The notes below the pieces were generated by a model that was not told the DNA's origin, searched no databases, and saw nothing but the letters and a program-made list of their open reading frames with translations. From contig JAICEG010000001.1 of the NCBI GenBank assembly GCA_025924295.1, positions 1-37,838 of the forward strand: a stretch of 37,838 nt of DNA, in the 5' to 3' direction. Shown here piece after piece: positions 16,106 to 23,830 of the stretch (within the stretch, counting starts at the first letter, position 1; every line of letters begins with the position of its first letter). Made by a program: the position numbers and the translations under genes. Source of the stretch: Vicinamibacteria bacterium (GTDB lineage Bacteria; Acidobacteriota; Vicinamibacteria; Vicinamibacterales; UBA2999).

Positions 16106-16999
16106 TCACCGTCGATAGCGAGACATTTTCTCGAGCACGGCACACACCGCGGCCGTGTCTTCGTCGTGCCTCGTCTTCACTGCGTCAGCGTAGATTGGCG
16201 CGGTCGTCGAGAACAGCGGCGTAGCGCTGCCCACACTCTTCGCGAACTCCGCGATGATCGCCATGTCCTTCTGCCAGGTGCCGAGCGTCATCGTCGCCTT
16301 CCGGTAGCTCCCCTTCACCATCATTGGACCGCGCAACTGGAGGACGCGTGAGCTGCCGGCTCCTTCACTGACCAGCTTCAGGACCCTTGCCGGATCGAGT
16401 CCCGCCTTCATCGCGAGGACAAGTGCTTCGGCCGCGGCCACGTTGTGGATGGCGACGAGCAGGTTGGCGACGAACTTCACTTTCGAGCCGTCGCCAAATG
16501 GGCCAACGTAGTAATGCGCGCGGGTGAAGCCATCGAGCACTCTCGCGACCCGGCGATAGGCTGCACGCGCGCCGCTGGCATAGACGACGATGTCCTTGTT
16601 GCGCGCCTGCGCACCCGTGCCGCTGATGGGACAGTCCAACAGCTCAATGCCACGCGCGCGCAGGGCCCTGCGGGCGCGCTCCTTCACCTCGATCGACAGC
16701 GTGCTGGTTTCAACCACGATCTGTGGCGGACGTTCCGTCTGCGCGAGAGCGGACACGGTCTCGGTCAGCGCATCTGCGGATGGCAGCGAGGTGATGACGA
16801 TACGAGACAGATTACCGAGGTCGGTGCTGCTCTTCGCGGGTGATCCTCCGGCCGCCCGAAGCTGACGCAGGCTCGCGGCCCGGACGTCGTATCCCACAAC
16901 GCGATGGCCCGCACGGATCACATGACCGGCAATTGCCGACCCCATGATCCCCAGACCGATCACCCCGATCGAGGGTGAAGCCGGTGTTTTCGATTTCAT
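16106..16999 (-). CDS. NAD(P)-dependent beta-hydroxyacid dehydrogenase family protein (3-hydroxyisobutyrate dehydrogenase-like), cytoplasmic
   Basis: ORF 16106-17053 trimmed to the ATG at 16999, 4 nt after the upstream stop. Rossmann motif IGVIGLGIMGSAIAG. Mid-domain motif ISGTGAQARNKDIVVYASG. No signal peptide. Confidence 0.8.
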   Translation of the reverse strand: MKSKTPASPSIGVIGLGIMGSAIAGHVIRAGHRVVGYDVRAASLRQLRAAGGSPAKSSTDLGNLSRIVITSLPSADALTETVSALAQTERPPQIVVETSTLSIEVKERARRALRARGIELLDCPISGTGAQARNKDIVVYASGARAAYRRVARVLDGFTRAHYYVGPFGDGSKVKFVANLLVAIHNVAAAEALVLAMKAGLDPARVLKLVSEGAGSSRVLQLRGPMMVKGSYRKATMTLGTWQKDMAIIAEFAKSVGSATPLFSTTAPIYADAVKTRHDEDTAAVCAVLEKMSRYRR

Positions 17000-17003
17000 T
17001 GAA

Positions 17004-17900
17004 TTAGCGGATTGGCGGCGCCCCACAGTTGCGAGTGCATGGCGCGGGCGCAACGTACTTGTCCCTGATCGTCTTTCGATATTCGGGATAGAGCGTCTCC
17101 GCTCGGCCGATCACGACGTCGCGCGGCAGCCCGAACATCTTCGTGAGCTCGTCGACGAACGGGTTCTTCTCGGGCAGGAAGTGCGGCGTGCTCTCACCGA
17201 GCGGACGGCCCTCGAACGTCGAGACGCACGGAGGACCGATCGGCGAGATCGGTGCGGTTGAGAGCTGGAAGCTCTTCGAGATGATGTGCGGCTCGGCAAG
17301 GTAGATCGGATCCTCGATCACCGTCAGCACAGTCAGGATGTCGCCGTGCCGGAAGAAGCGCGAGGTCATCGTCGCCTGATCGCTCGTCGGCGGCCCATTC
17401 TTCCGCAGGAAGCCGGCTTTCATGTGCGTCGTGCGGGCCACGAGCACATTGCCTTCCCACGCGCCGGTGGTGAAACCACCGCGTGTGTGTTCGGCGTACT
17501 TCGAGGGGTGCGGCCGGCCGTCCATCCAGATCGTCATCGGCGCGCGATCCTCCCACGCGCCGATCGTGAACGAGATGGCGGTGCCTTTGACCGGCTCGGT
17601 CTCGCTCCAGATGCGCAGCCCGAAGGGTCCCTGGACGAAGTAGAACTGCGGCCATCCCTCGCACTGCCGCTCGATCATCGCCAACTGCGATTCGTTGTAG
17701 GCGAGTGCGCGCGTTCGCCCTTCATCGTTGAGCGGGAGACCGACGTAGTCGACGGGATACGAGTCACGCGAGATGTCTTCGGTGTTGCGTGCCGCCCACG
17801 ACCCGGTCAGCTCGACCTGGGCGAAGGCGCTCGTAGACCACGCAGCACACAGCAGCGCGACGAGCGCGGCGCGTCGCAACGTCACCATCTGGTCGAACAT
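17004..17900 (-). CDS. Secreted protein of unknown function, WEG family subtype A (A2)
   Basis: ORF 17004-18173 trimmed to the ATG at 17900 (alternative ATG at 17888). Signal peptide (MFDQ)MVTLRRAALVALLCAAWSTSAFAQ. Motifs ELTGSW, RQCEGW, IWMDGRPHP, GAWEGNVLVARTTHMKAGFLRKNGPPTSD, IEDPIYLAEPH and PPCVS. Start overlaps the upstream stop. Confidence 0.8.
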   Translation of the reverse strand: MFDQMVTLRRAALVALLCAAWSTSAFAQVELTGSWAARNTEDISRDSYPVDYVGLPLNDEGRTRALAYNESQLAMIERQCEGWPQFYFVQGPFGLRIWSETEPVKGTAISFTIGAWEDRAPMTIWMDGRPHPSKYAEHTRGGFTTGAWEGNVLVARTTHMKAGFLRKNGPPTSDQATMTSRFFRHGDILTVLTVIEDPIYLAEPHIISKSFQLSTAPISPIGPPCVSTFEGRPLGESTPHFLPEKNPFVDELTKMFGLPRDVVIGRAETLYPEYRKTIRDKYVAPAPCTRNCGAPPIR

Positions 17901-18637
17901 GGCGTGGGATCCCATTTGGAACCGTCCGCTTCCTTCTTGAAGTGCGAGCTGACGATGAACGGCTGCGTGAGGTACTGCGGATCGTCGACCACGGTGGTCA
18001 CGACGAGCAGCTGACCACCGGGCGACGGCGACACATCGAAGTACTCGGTCAGGTTCGCGTTGGCACTGTAGGGAACGCCGTTCTTCCGCAGATAACCAGC
18101 GCGCATGTTCCTGGTCGTCACCGTCAGCGATCCGCTCGTCGGTGCACCACCACGGCCGCCACCCCGCTCCCACTGCGCCGTGGAGTCACCCTGCCACGTC
18201 GGCTTGCCACCAGCGGGCCCGCCGGGCGCAAACCTGAACAGCCGCGTCTGCGTGCCGGCATCGATGTCGACGCGCAGCGTGCTGTCGTCCTGCCACGTGA
18301 TGTTGAGCCGCGCGGGAAGACGCATGACGGCAGCGGCGCCGTACGACTTGCACTGCTCACCCGCCGCTTCGTCCGCGCCCGGGTCCCAGGAGTTGACGAT
18401 CTGAAGCGCTGCCTTGGTAATGGGCACGCCGCGGTAATCACCCTTGGGTGGCGTCACCATCCGATAGCGCCAGTCTTCGTTGATGACTGCCACCCAGTAG
18501 CCGGTGAGATCGATTGGCGCCGATGCCCGCGCCGACGGCGGCGCCGCGCCGCCACCGCGAGCTTGCGCTGCCGCACCGATTGGTGTCAGGCAGTGAATCG
18601 TGAACAGGAGGGCGGTCGACAGCCGGTAGACGTTCAC
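17882..18637 (-). CDS. Secreted protein of unknown function, WEG family subtype B (B2)
   Basis: ORF 17882-18844 trimmed to the GTG at 18637, which overlaps the MBL stop as GTGA. Signal peptide (M)NVYRLSTALLFTIHCLTPIGAAAQA. Motifs DLTGYW, QCKSYG, LRVDIDAGTQTR, AQWE, LTVTTRNMRAGYLRKNGVPYSAN, VDDPQYLTQPF and WDPTPC. Confidence 0.8.
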   Translation of the reverse strand: MNVYRLSTALLFTIHCLTPIGAAAQARGGGAAPPSARASAPIDLTGYWVAVINEDWRYRMVTPPKGDYRGVPITKAALQIVNSWDPGADEAAGEQCKSYGAAAVMRLPARLNITWQDDSTLRVDIDAGTQTRLFRFAPGGPAGGKPTWQGDSTAQWERGGGRGGAPTSGSLTVTTRNMRAGYLRKNGVPYSANANLTEYFDVSPSPGGQLLVVTTVVDDPQYLTQPFIVSSHFKKEADGSKWDPTPCSTRW

Positions 18638-19668
18638 TTCTTCGCTCGCGGGAGGCTGTTGTAGATCGCCTCGATGAAGTTGTTGGTCGAACCAGATTCC
18701 GCGCCGTATCGCCGTGTGTAGCCGCGCGCCGGCGACGCCGCCTTTGCCTGGTCGAGCGTCATGCCCGCGTCCCTGAGATCCCTGACTCGATCGCGAACGA
18801 TGCTGACCATGTCGCGGTACTCCACGACGTCGAGCTGATCGCACAGCCGGCCATGCCCCGGGATGATGACCGTGCCAGCCTCGCGCGAGACGATCGGCAC
18901 TGATGGAATGGCGAGATCGATCAGGCGGTTGAGCGCCGCAATCTCGCCCTCGATCGAGCCGCCGCGTGCGACGTCGATCACCGGAAAGCGCGTCGTATCG
19001 AGAATGTCACCGGCCACGACCACATCCGAGCGACGGAAGAACACCATCGAGTCGCCATCGGTGTGCGCAGCGGGCTGATGGAAGATCTCAATCCCCTCGC
19101 CGTTGAGAAACATGTACTTGCGGGCGTGATCGAACGTCTCGGTCGGCCACGCCGCAGCCGGATATGGCGACGCCAGTCCCGTGGGTGCGCTCATCCTCGA
19201 CAGCACTTTCTCCGCCGACAGGATCGATGCGACACCTTCCAGGAAGTTGCCTGGCAAGCCGAACGATCCCGCGTTGGTGAACAACGTCTGGCCCGCCTTG
19301 GAGAGCGTCTCGTTGCCACCGACGTGATCCGGATCGGCGCTGGTGTCGATGATGTAGCGAATCGGACGTGGCGAGAGCTTCTGAATCGCGGCCAGCACGT
19401 TGGCTGCCGACGCCGCTGACCCCGCGTCGACCACCACGACGCCGTCCTCTCCGATCTGGACACCGATGTTGCTGCCGGCGCCGCCGATCATGAAGAAGTT
19501 CGGTCGCAGCTGCAGGACTTCGAGCCCGCCCGGGGCGGCGACGCTCGTCTGGCCACCGCTGGTCTGCAAACCCTGCGGTGCTGCGGTGAGGTTGACGGAT
19601 GGGCCGGTCAACACGAGGCTCGCGAGCGCAACGAGGAGGCCTGCACGCAGTCCAGGTTCGGTGAACAC
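18634..19668 (-). CDS. Exported MBL-fold metallo-hydrolase, paralog 3
   Basis: 344 aa with a GTG start at 19668. Hydrophobic N-terminus LLVALASLVLTG. Fold motifs VVVVDAGSAAS, RYIIDTSADPDHVGGN (19315-19344, checked codon by codon), PAAHTDGDSMVFFRRSDVVVAGDIL and IIPGHGRL. Confidence 0.85.
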   Translation of the reverse strand: MFTEPGLRAGLLVALASLVLTGPSVNLTAAPQGLQTSGGQTSVAAPGGLEVLQLRPNFFMIGGAGSNIGVQIGEDGVVVVDAGSAASAANVLAAIQKLSPRPIRYIIDTSADPDHVGGNETLSKAGQTLFTNAGSFGLPGNFLEGVASILSAEKVLSRMSAPTGLASPYPAAAWPTETFDHARKYMFLNGEGIEIFHQPAAHTDGDSMVFFRRSDVVVAGDILDTTRFPVIDVARGGSIEGEIAALNRLIDLAIPSVPIVSREAGTVIIPGHGRLCDQLDVVEYRDMVSIVRDRVRDLRDAGMTLDQAKAASPARGYTRRYGAESGSTNNFIEAIYNSLPRAKK

Positions 19669-19714
19669 GGCGATAGGATACTCAACCTGCCTCCGTTTCC
19701 TCTACACTACGCCC

Positions 19715-20755
19715 ATGATTGAGCGACGGCGGTTTCTCAAAGAGTCGGCGCTGATTGGAGCCGCGGCCATGACCACCGGCTTCGAGGGACCCCCCGCGCT
19801 CGGCGCGGCGAGCCAGGCGACCAGTGGTACGAGCAAGCGGCCCATCCGTATCCTGATGGGCGGCTACGGACCGGCGACCACCGGCTTCAGCCTCGCGCTC
19901 AAGCGCATGGGCGACCGCCTCCAGTCCAAGTTCGGCGATCAGGTCGAGGTGAAGTACGTCTACAACATCCTCGACTTCGGCTACCGCGCCGACGACATCA
20001 TCTGGCTCGTCGAGAGTGGCGTCCTGACGCTCGGCTATCAATCGAGCAGTTACTTCACCGACCGCATCCCCGCCGTGGGTGTCGCCGATCTCCCATTCCT
20101 GTTCTCGGATCAGGCCAGGGCGCGCGCCGCGATGGACGGCAAGCTCGGCGCCGCGATGACCTCGCGGATCGAAGCCGACATGGACTTCCGCATCGTCGGC
20201 TACTTCGAGAACGGGTTCCGTCACGTTTCGAATCGCGTGAAGCCGATTCACTCTCCGGCTGACATGAAGGGCCTCGCCATTCGCGTGCTGCCGAGCAAGA
20301 TACAGGCACGGACGTTCGAGTTGCTGGGAGCCAACCCGAAAGTGATGGACCTCACCGAGGCGCTCGCGGCCATCAAGGCCGGCAAGCTCGATGCACAGGA
20401 GAACCCGTTCTCCAACACCGTGACTTACGGTGTGCACAACTTCCATCGCTTTCATACCGAGACGAATCACTTCTACCTGTCGCGCCCGATCTTCGTGCAC
20501 CGTCCGTCCTTCGACGGGTGGCCGCAGGCGATACAGGAGGAACTGCGCGCTGCCGTTCGCGACGCGGTCGCATTCCAGCGCGACCTGCACGTCAAGGAAG
20601 AAGCAGAGGCAGCCGCCGCGATCAAGAAGAACGGAGGCGAGATCGTCGAGCTGACCGCTGAGCAGCACAAGGCGTTCGTCTCGGCAGTCACTCCGATCTA
20701 CAAGGAGGCACGCAGCCAGTTCGATCGAAATCTGCTGGCACTGGTCGATCTCTGA
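19715..20755 (+). CDS. TRAP-type (DctP family) periplasmic solute-binding protein with twin-arginine signal; no DctQ/DctM partner in window
   Basis: In-frame ATG at 19715 within track ORF 19400-20755. MIERRRFLKESALIGAAAMT looks Tat-like. The body is typical of DctP-type binding proteins (VADLPFLF, ENGFRHV, MKGLAIRV, LDAQENP). Confidence 0.75.
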   Translation: MIERRRFLKESALIGAAAMTTGFEGPPALGAASQATSGTSKRPIRILMGGYGPATTGFSLALKRMGDRLQSKFGDQVEVKYVYNILDFGYRADDIIWLVESGVLTLGYQSSSYFTDRIPAVGVADLPFLFSDQARARAAMDGKLGAAMTSRIEADMDFRIVGYFENGFRHVSNRVKPIHSPADMKGLAIRVLPSKIQARTFELLGANPKVMDLTEALAAIKAGKLDAQENPFSNTVTYGVHNFHRFHTETNHFYLSRPIFVHRPSFDGWPQAIQEELRAAVRDAVAFQRDLHVKEEAEAAAAIKKNGGEIVELTAEQHKAFVSAVTPIYKEARSQFDRNLLALVDL

Positions 20756-20808
20756 TGTCCGGTTTCCCGCCCGCCTCTCGTAGTTAGGGGCAAGGAGGAA
20801 ATCTGACA

Positions 20809-21150
20809 ATGACCAAGAAGGCCATCCTGCTCATCGCCATCGTGGGCGCACTTCAGGCAACCGCATTCGCGCTCACCGGCGCGGTCGGGAACGCCGATCG
20901 CATTGCCCTTCGAGACGGCTATTCACAGTACGACGGCAAGATCGACCTGCGCGACGCGACCGGCGCCGTGACCTTTTACTACTGGGGAGGCAGTCGGTGC
21001 GCGGCCGCCCCGATCGCGCCGACGGACCGACAGGTCGACGTCCTGCTCGACGCCCATCTCAGTGGGCATGCGGTCGCGCTCGACTACACCAGCTACAACA
21101 GCGCGCTCGGCGCGAGCCGGTGCTGGGACGGCGGAATTCAGGTCTATTGA
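20809..21150 (+). CDS. Small secreted hypothetical protein (113 aa, two Cys)
   Basis: Strong AAGGAGG lies 8 nt before the ATG. Signal peptide MTKKAILLIAIVGALQATAFA. High GC3. No family recognised. Confidence 0.7.
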   Translation: MTKKAILLIAIVGALQATAFALTGAVGNADRIALRDGYSQYDGKIDLRDATGAVTFYYWGGSRCAAAPIAPTDRQVDVLLDAHLSGHAVALDYTSYNSALGASRCWDGGIQVY

Positions 21151-21167
21151 GGGGCGGTCACGAAGCC

Positions 21168-21193
21168 GCTGGCCCGGCGGCCGCCGAGCCAGC
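21168..21193. terminator. GC-rich hairpin between convergent genes (possible bidirectional terminator)
   Basis: Sequence GCTGGCcCGGC-GGCC-GCCGaGCCAGC forms 6+4 bp with one mismatch and a 4-nt loop. Lies between stops at 21150 (+) and 21219 (-). No clear U-tract on either strand. Confidence 0.4.
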
Positions 21194-21218
21194 ATCTTCG
21201 TCCGATCATGAGCGCGTC

Positions 21219-22550
21219 CTAGGCTGGTAGCGATTTGCCTCGCGTCTCTTCTGCCAGCGGCAGCAGGACCAGCCCGACGAGGAACGCTGCCGCGGTTATC
21301 GCCACGGGAACACCGAGACTCCCGTACGAGCGAATCCCGGTGGCGAGGATGAAGACCATCGCCACGCCAACGAACCGGCCGACCGAGCTCACGTAACCAA
21401 TCGCGCTGGCGCGACAGTCCGTCGAGTACAGCTCGGGGAGCCACAGTGTGTAGAGCGCGAAGTTTGCTCCGCCGAAGCCAAGGAAGAAGACGCAGACATA
21501 GAACCATGTCAGCGCCGCCGTCGTCAGGTAGAAGACGTATCCAAATGCCACGACGATGCTGACACCCATGATCGCGAAGTACAGCGCCATCGCCGGACGG
21601 CGCCCGTAGCGCTCGGCGAGGAACGGGGCGACGACGCAGCCGACGATCGTGCCGATCGCGAGCAGCATCCCGCCATAGGACGCGAGTCGTGCCGCGTCGG
21701 CAGCCGCGGATCCGGTTCTCACCGCCACCTGCGTCACCGCCGTCGGCACGTAGATCGATCCCGCCCACAGTCCGATGATCGACACGAGGAACAGTCCCGA
21801 CATCACCATCGTGCGTCGCAGATACATCGGCGAGAAGATCTTGGCAAACGCATCACGCATCTTCGGACGCTTGTGTTCGTCCTTCCCGAAGCGCTCCTCC
21901 CATTTCGCCGACTCCCGTACGCCGTAGCGGATGAACCCGATGAGCAACGCCGGCAGGCCGCCGAAGATGAACATCCATCGCCACCCGTAGTTGGCGCCGA
22001 TGAAATAGTTCGCGACGGAGGCAAAGAAGAACCCGAAGTAGTAGCCGGTGTGCATCAACCCGGCGCCGATCTTGCGCTGGCTCTCGGACAACTCTTCCGC
22101 CAGATACGCCGCCCCGACCGGCTGCTCGCCACCGATGCCGATCCCGACCAGGATGCGCAGGACCGCCAGTTGCCAGATGTTGTTCACCACACCGCACAAG
22201 AAGGTGAACAGCGAGTAGCACAGGATCGTCAGCATCAGCGCCCGCACGCGTCCGACTCGATCGCTGATCGGTCCCCACACCATCGAGAGCCCCCAGCCGA
22301 GCAGGAACATCGCCTGCAGGATGCTGCCGTAGTAGCCGACGCTCCCCTGGTTCACTTCGACGCCGGAGTTGGGCAGCAACTCGGTCAGGGCCGGCACCAG
22401 CACCAGCGCGTAGATCGAGGCGTCCATCCCGTCGAGCGCCCAACCGCCCCACGCGGCCATGAACCCGCGGCGCTGGTTCCGTGTCAGCCCCGTTGCCGAA
22501 GCCGCCGCGCCCGTCACAACAGTCGCTGAAGACGACGACATCACTTCCAC
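21219..22550 (-). CDS. MFS transporter
   Basis: 443 aa with about 12 hydrophobic segments. MFS loop motif SDRVGRVRALML, plus GIGIGGEQPVGAAYLAEE. Start is either GTG at 22550 or ATG at 22541. The ATG shares 1 nt with the upstream TGA. Confidence 0.85.
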   Translation of the reverse strand: MEVMSSSSATVVTGAAASATGLTRNQRRGFMAAWGGWALDGMDASIYALVLVPALTELLPNSGVEVNQGSVGYYGSILQAMFLLGWGLSMVWGPISDRVGRVRALMLTILCYSLFTFLCGVVNNIWQLAVLRILVGIGIGGEQPVGAAYLAEELSESQRKIGAGLMHTGYYFGFFFASVANYFIGANYGWRWMFIFGGLPALLIGFIRYGVRESAKWEERFGKDEHKRPKMRDAFAKIFSPMYLRRTMVMSGLFLVSIIGLWAGSIYVPTAVTQVAVRTGSAAADAARLASYGGMLLAIGTIVGCVVAPFLAERYGRRPAMALYFAIMGVSIVVAFGYVFYLTTAALTWFYVCVFFLGFGGANFALYTLWLPELYSTDCRASAIGYVSSVGRFVGVAMVFILATGIRSYGSLGVPVAITAAAFLVGLVLLPLAEETRGKSLPA

Positions 22551-23824
22551 CCCGGGTTGACCTGCTTGCCGAGCAGGAACGCGGGGTTCGCACCCTTCCT
22601 GGGCGTGAACTTCTGCGCGCCGCCGCTGTCGACCGCCGCTGTGTAGACGTTGCCTTCCTGATCGACGCTCATGCCGTGCACGCCCCAGAAGCCGCCCTGG
22701 AACTCACCCCACACGCCCCAGGAATACTGGAACTTGCCGTCGAGGCTGTACTTCACCAGCTTCGATGTGCCGCGGTCGGCTGCCCACAAGAAGCGATCGC
22801 TCGTGATGATGAACATGTGAACGTCGGAGATCGGCCGCTGTCCGAAGCTCCACTCGTCGAGATACTTCCCGTTCTCGTCGAACACCTGCACGCGCCCGTT
22901 GTTGCGATCGTTGACGAACACGCGGCGCGTCTGCGGATCGACCGCAATGCCGTGGACGTTGTTGAAGTAGCCGGGACGCTTCTCCTTGCCCGACTCGCCA
23001 CGCTGCCCCCACGTCATCAGGTACTTGCCGTCCTTGTCGAACTTCACGACGCGCGTGTTCTGATAGCCGTCAGCGACGAAGAACGTGCCATCAGGCAGCC
23101 AGGCCATGAACGTCGGGCGATAGAAGTGTTTCTCGTCGTTGCCCGGCACGTTCGGCTCGCCGATGGTCTGCAGCAGCTTCTTGCCGTCGTTGCTGAACTT
23201 GAAGATCGCGTGACGGTAGTCGTCCACGATCCAGACGTTCTTCTGTGCATCGTACGGGCTGACATAGATCGCGTGCGGACGCCGGAACATCTTGTCCCAC
23301 TGCGACCAGTCCTCGATCATGTTTCCCTGTGCGTCCCACACGGTGATGATGTGCTCCCACCGGTAGTCGACACCCGGCTTGCCTACATCGAGATCGTCAC
23401 CGGGCGTCTTGCCGTCAGGACCGAACAACGATCCGGGAGGGCTCGCGCTCGTCGCGTCGCGCAGCGGCAGGCGGAACATCGGGAACTCGACGCTTGGTCC
23501 GATCTGCGGCAAGCGCACGGGCTGCTGCGGCCGCTTCAAGACCGGCAGTTCACCGCGCTGGAGCACGAACACGCGGTTGGGGCTCTCGGCGAAGACGTAC
23601 TGACCCGCTCCCCACGTCCACGTCTCGTGTCCGGGCAGCGTTGACAGCGGCTTCGGCCAGGGAGCGACGTCGTAGGCGCCGAAGATGTCCTGTCCGCCCT
23701 TCTCGCTCGGTACGGCGGCAACGCTGGTCTGCCCGCCCTGTCCTTCGACCGGCGCATGCAGATAGCCCGCGAACACGAACGCCGCGATGAGGACGAGAGC
23801 GACAGTAACTGGATGCTTACGCAT
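22541..23824 (-). CDS. Secreted NHL-repeat beta-propeller protein, peptidyl-alpha-hydroxyglycine alpha-amidating lyase (PAL)-like
   Basis: ORF 22541-23857 trimmed to the ATG at 23824 (AGGAGA 6 nt upstream). Signal peptide MRKHPVTVALVLIAAFVFAGYLHA. Repeats FYRPTFMAWLPDGTFFVADGYQNTRVVKFDKDGKYLMTWG and FNNVHGIAVDPQTRRVFVNDRNNGRVQVFDENGKYL parallel the PAL motifs (SDGYCNSRI.QF; VADRENGRIQCF). Confidence 0.7.
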   Translation of the reverse strand: MRKHPVTVALVLIAAFVFAGYLHAPVEGQGGQTSVAAVPSEKGGQDIFGAYDVAPWPKPLSTLPGHETWTWGAGQYVFAESPNRVFVLQRGELPVLKRPQQPVRLPQIGPSVEFPMFRLPLRDATSASPPGSLFGPDGKTPGDDLDVGKPGVDYRWEHIITVWDAQGNMIEDWSQWDKMFRRPHAIYVSPYDAQKNVWIVDDYRHAIFKFSNDGKKLLQTIGEPNVPGNDEKHFYRPTFMAWLPDGTFFVADGYQNTRVVKFDKDGKYLMTWGQRGESGKEKRPGYFNNVHGIAVDPQTRRVFVNDRNNGRVQVFDENGKYLDEWSFGQRPISDVHMFIITSDRFLWAADRGTSKLVKYSLDGKFQYSWGVWGEFQGGFWGVHGMSVDQEGNVYTAAVDSGGAQKFTPRKGANPAFLLGKQVNPGWK

Positions 23825-23830
23825 GTAAGG

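Noticed and set aside
19400-19714. N-terminal 105 codons of track ORF 19400-20755
   Set aside because: They overlap the MBL3 gene on the opposite strand and have no features. The in-frame ATG at 19715 gives a clean twin-arginine signal plus a DctP-like body.
19701-19714. Third occurrence of ACACTACG (also part of the 31-nt hairpin repeat) upstream of MBL3 / TRAP binding protein
   Set aside because: Only an 8-mer is shared, with no hairpin. About one chance occurrence of an 8-mer is expected in 2 x 38 kb.
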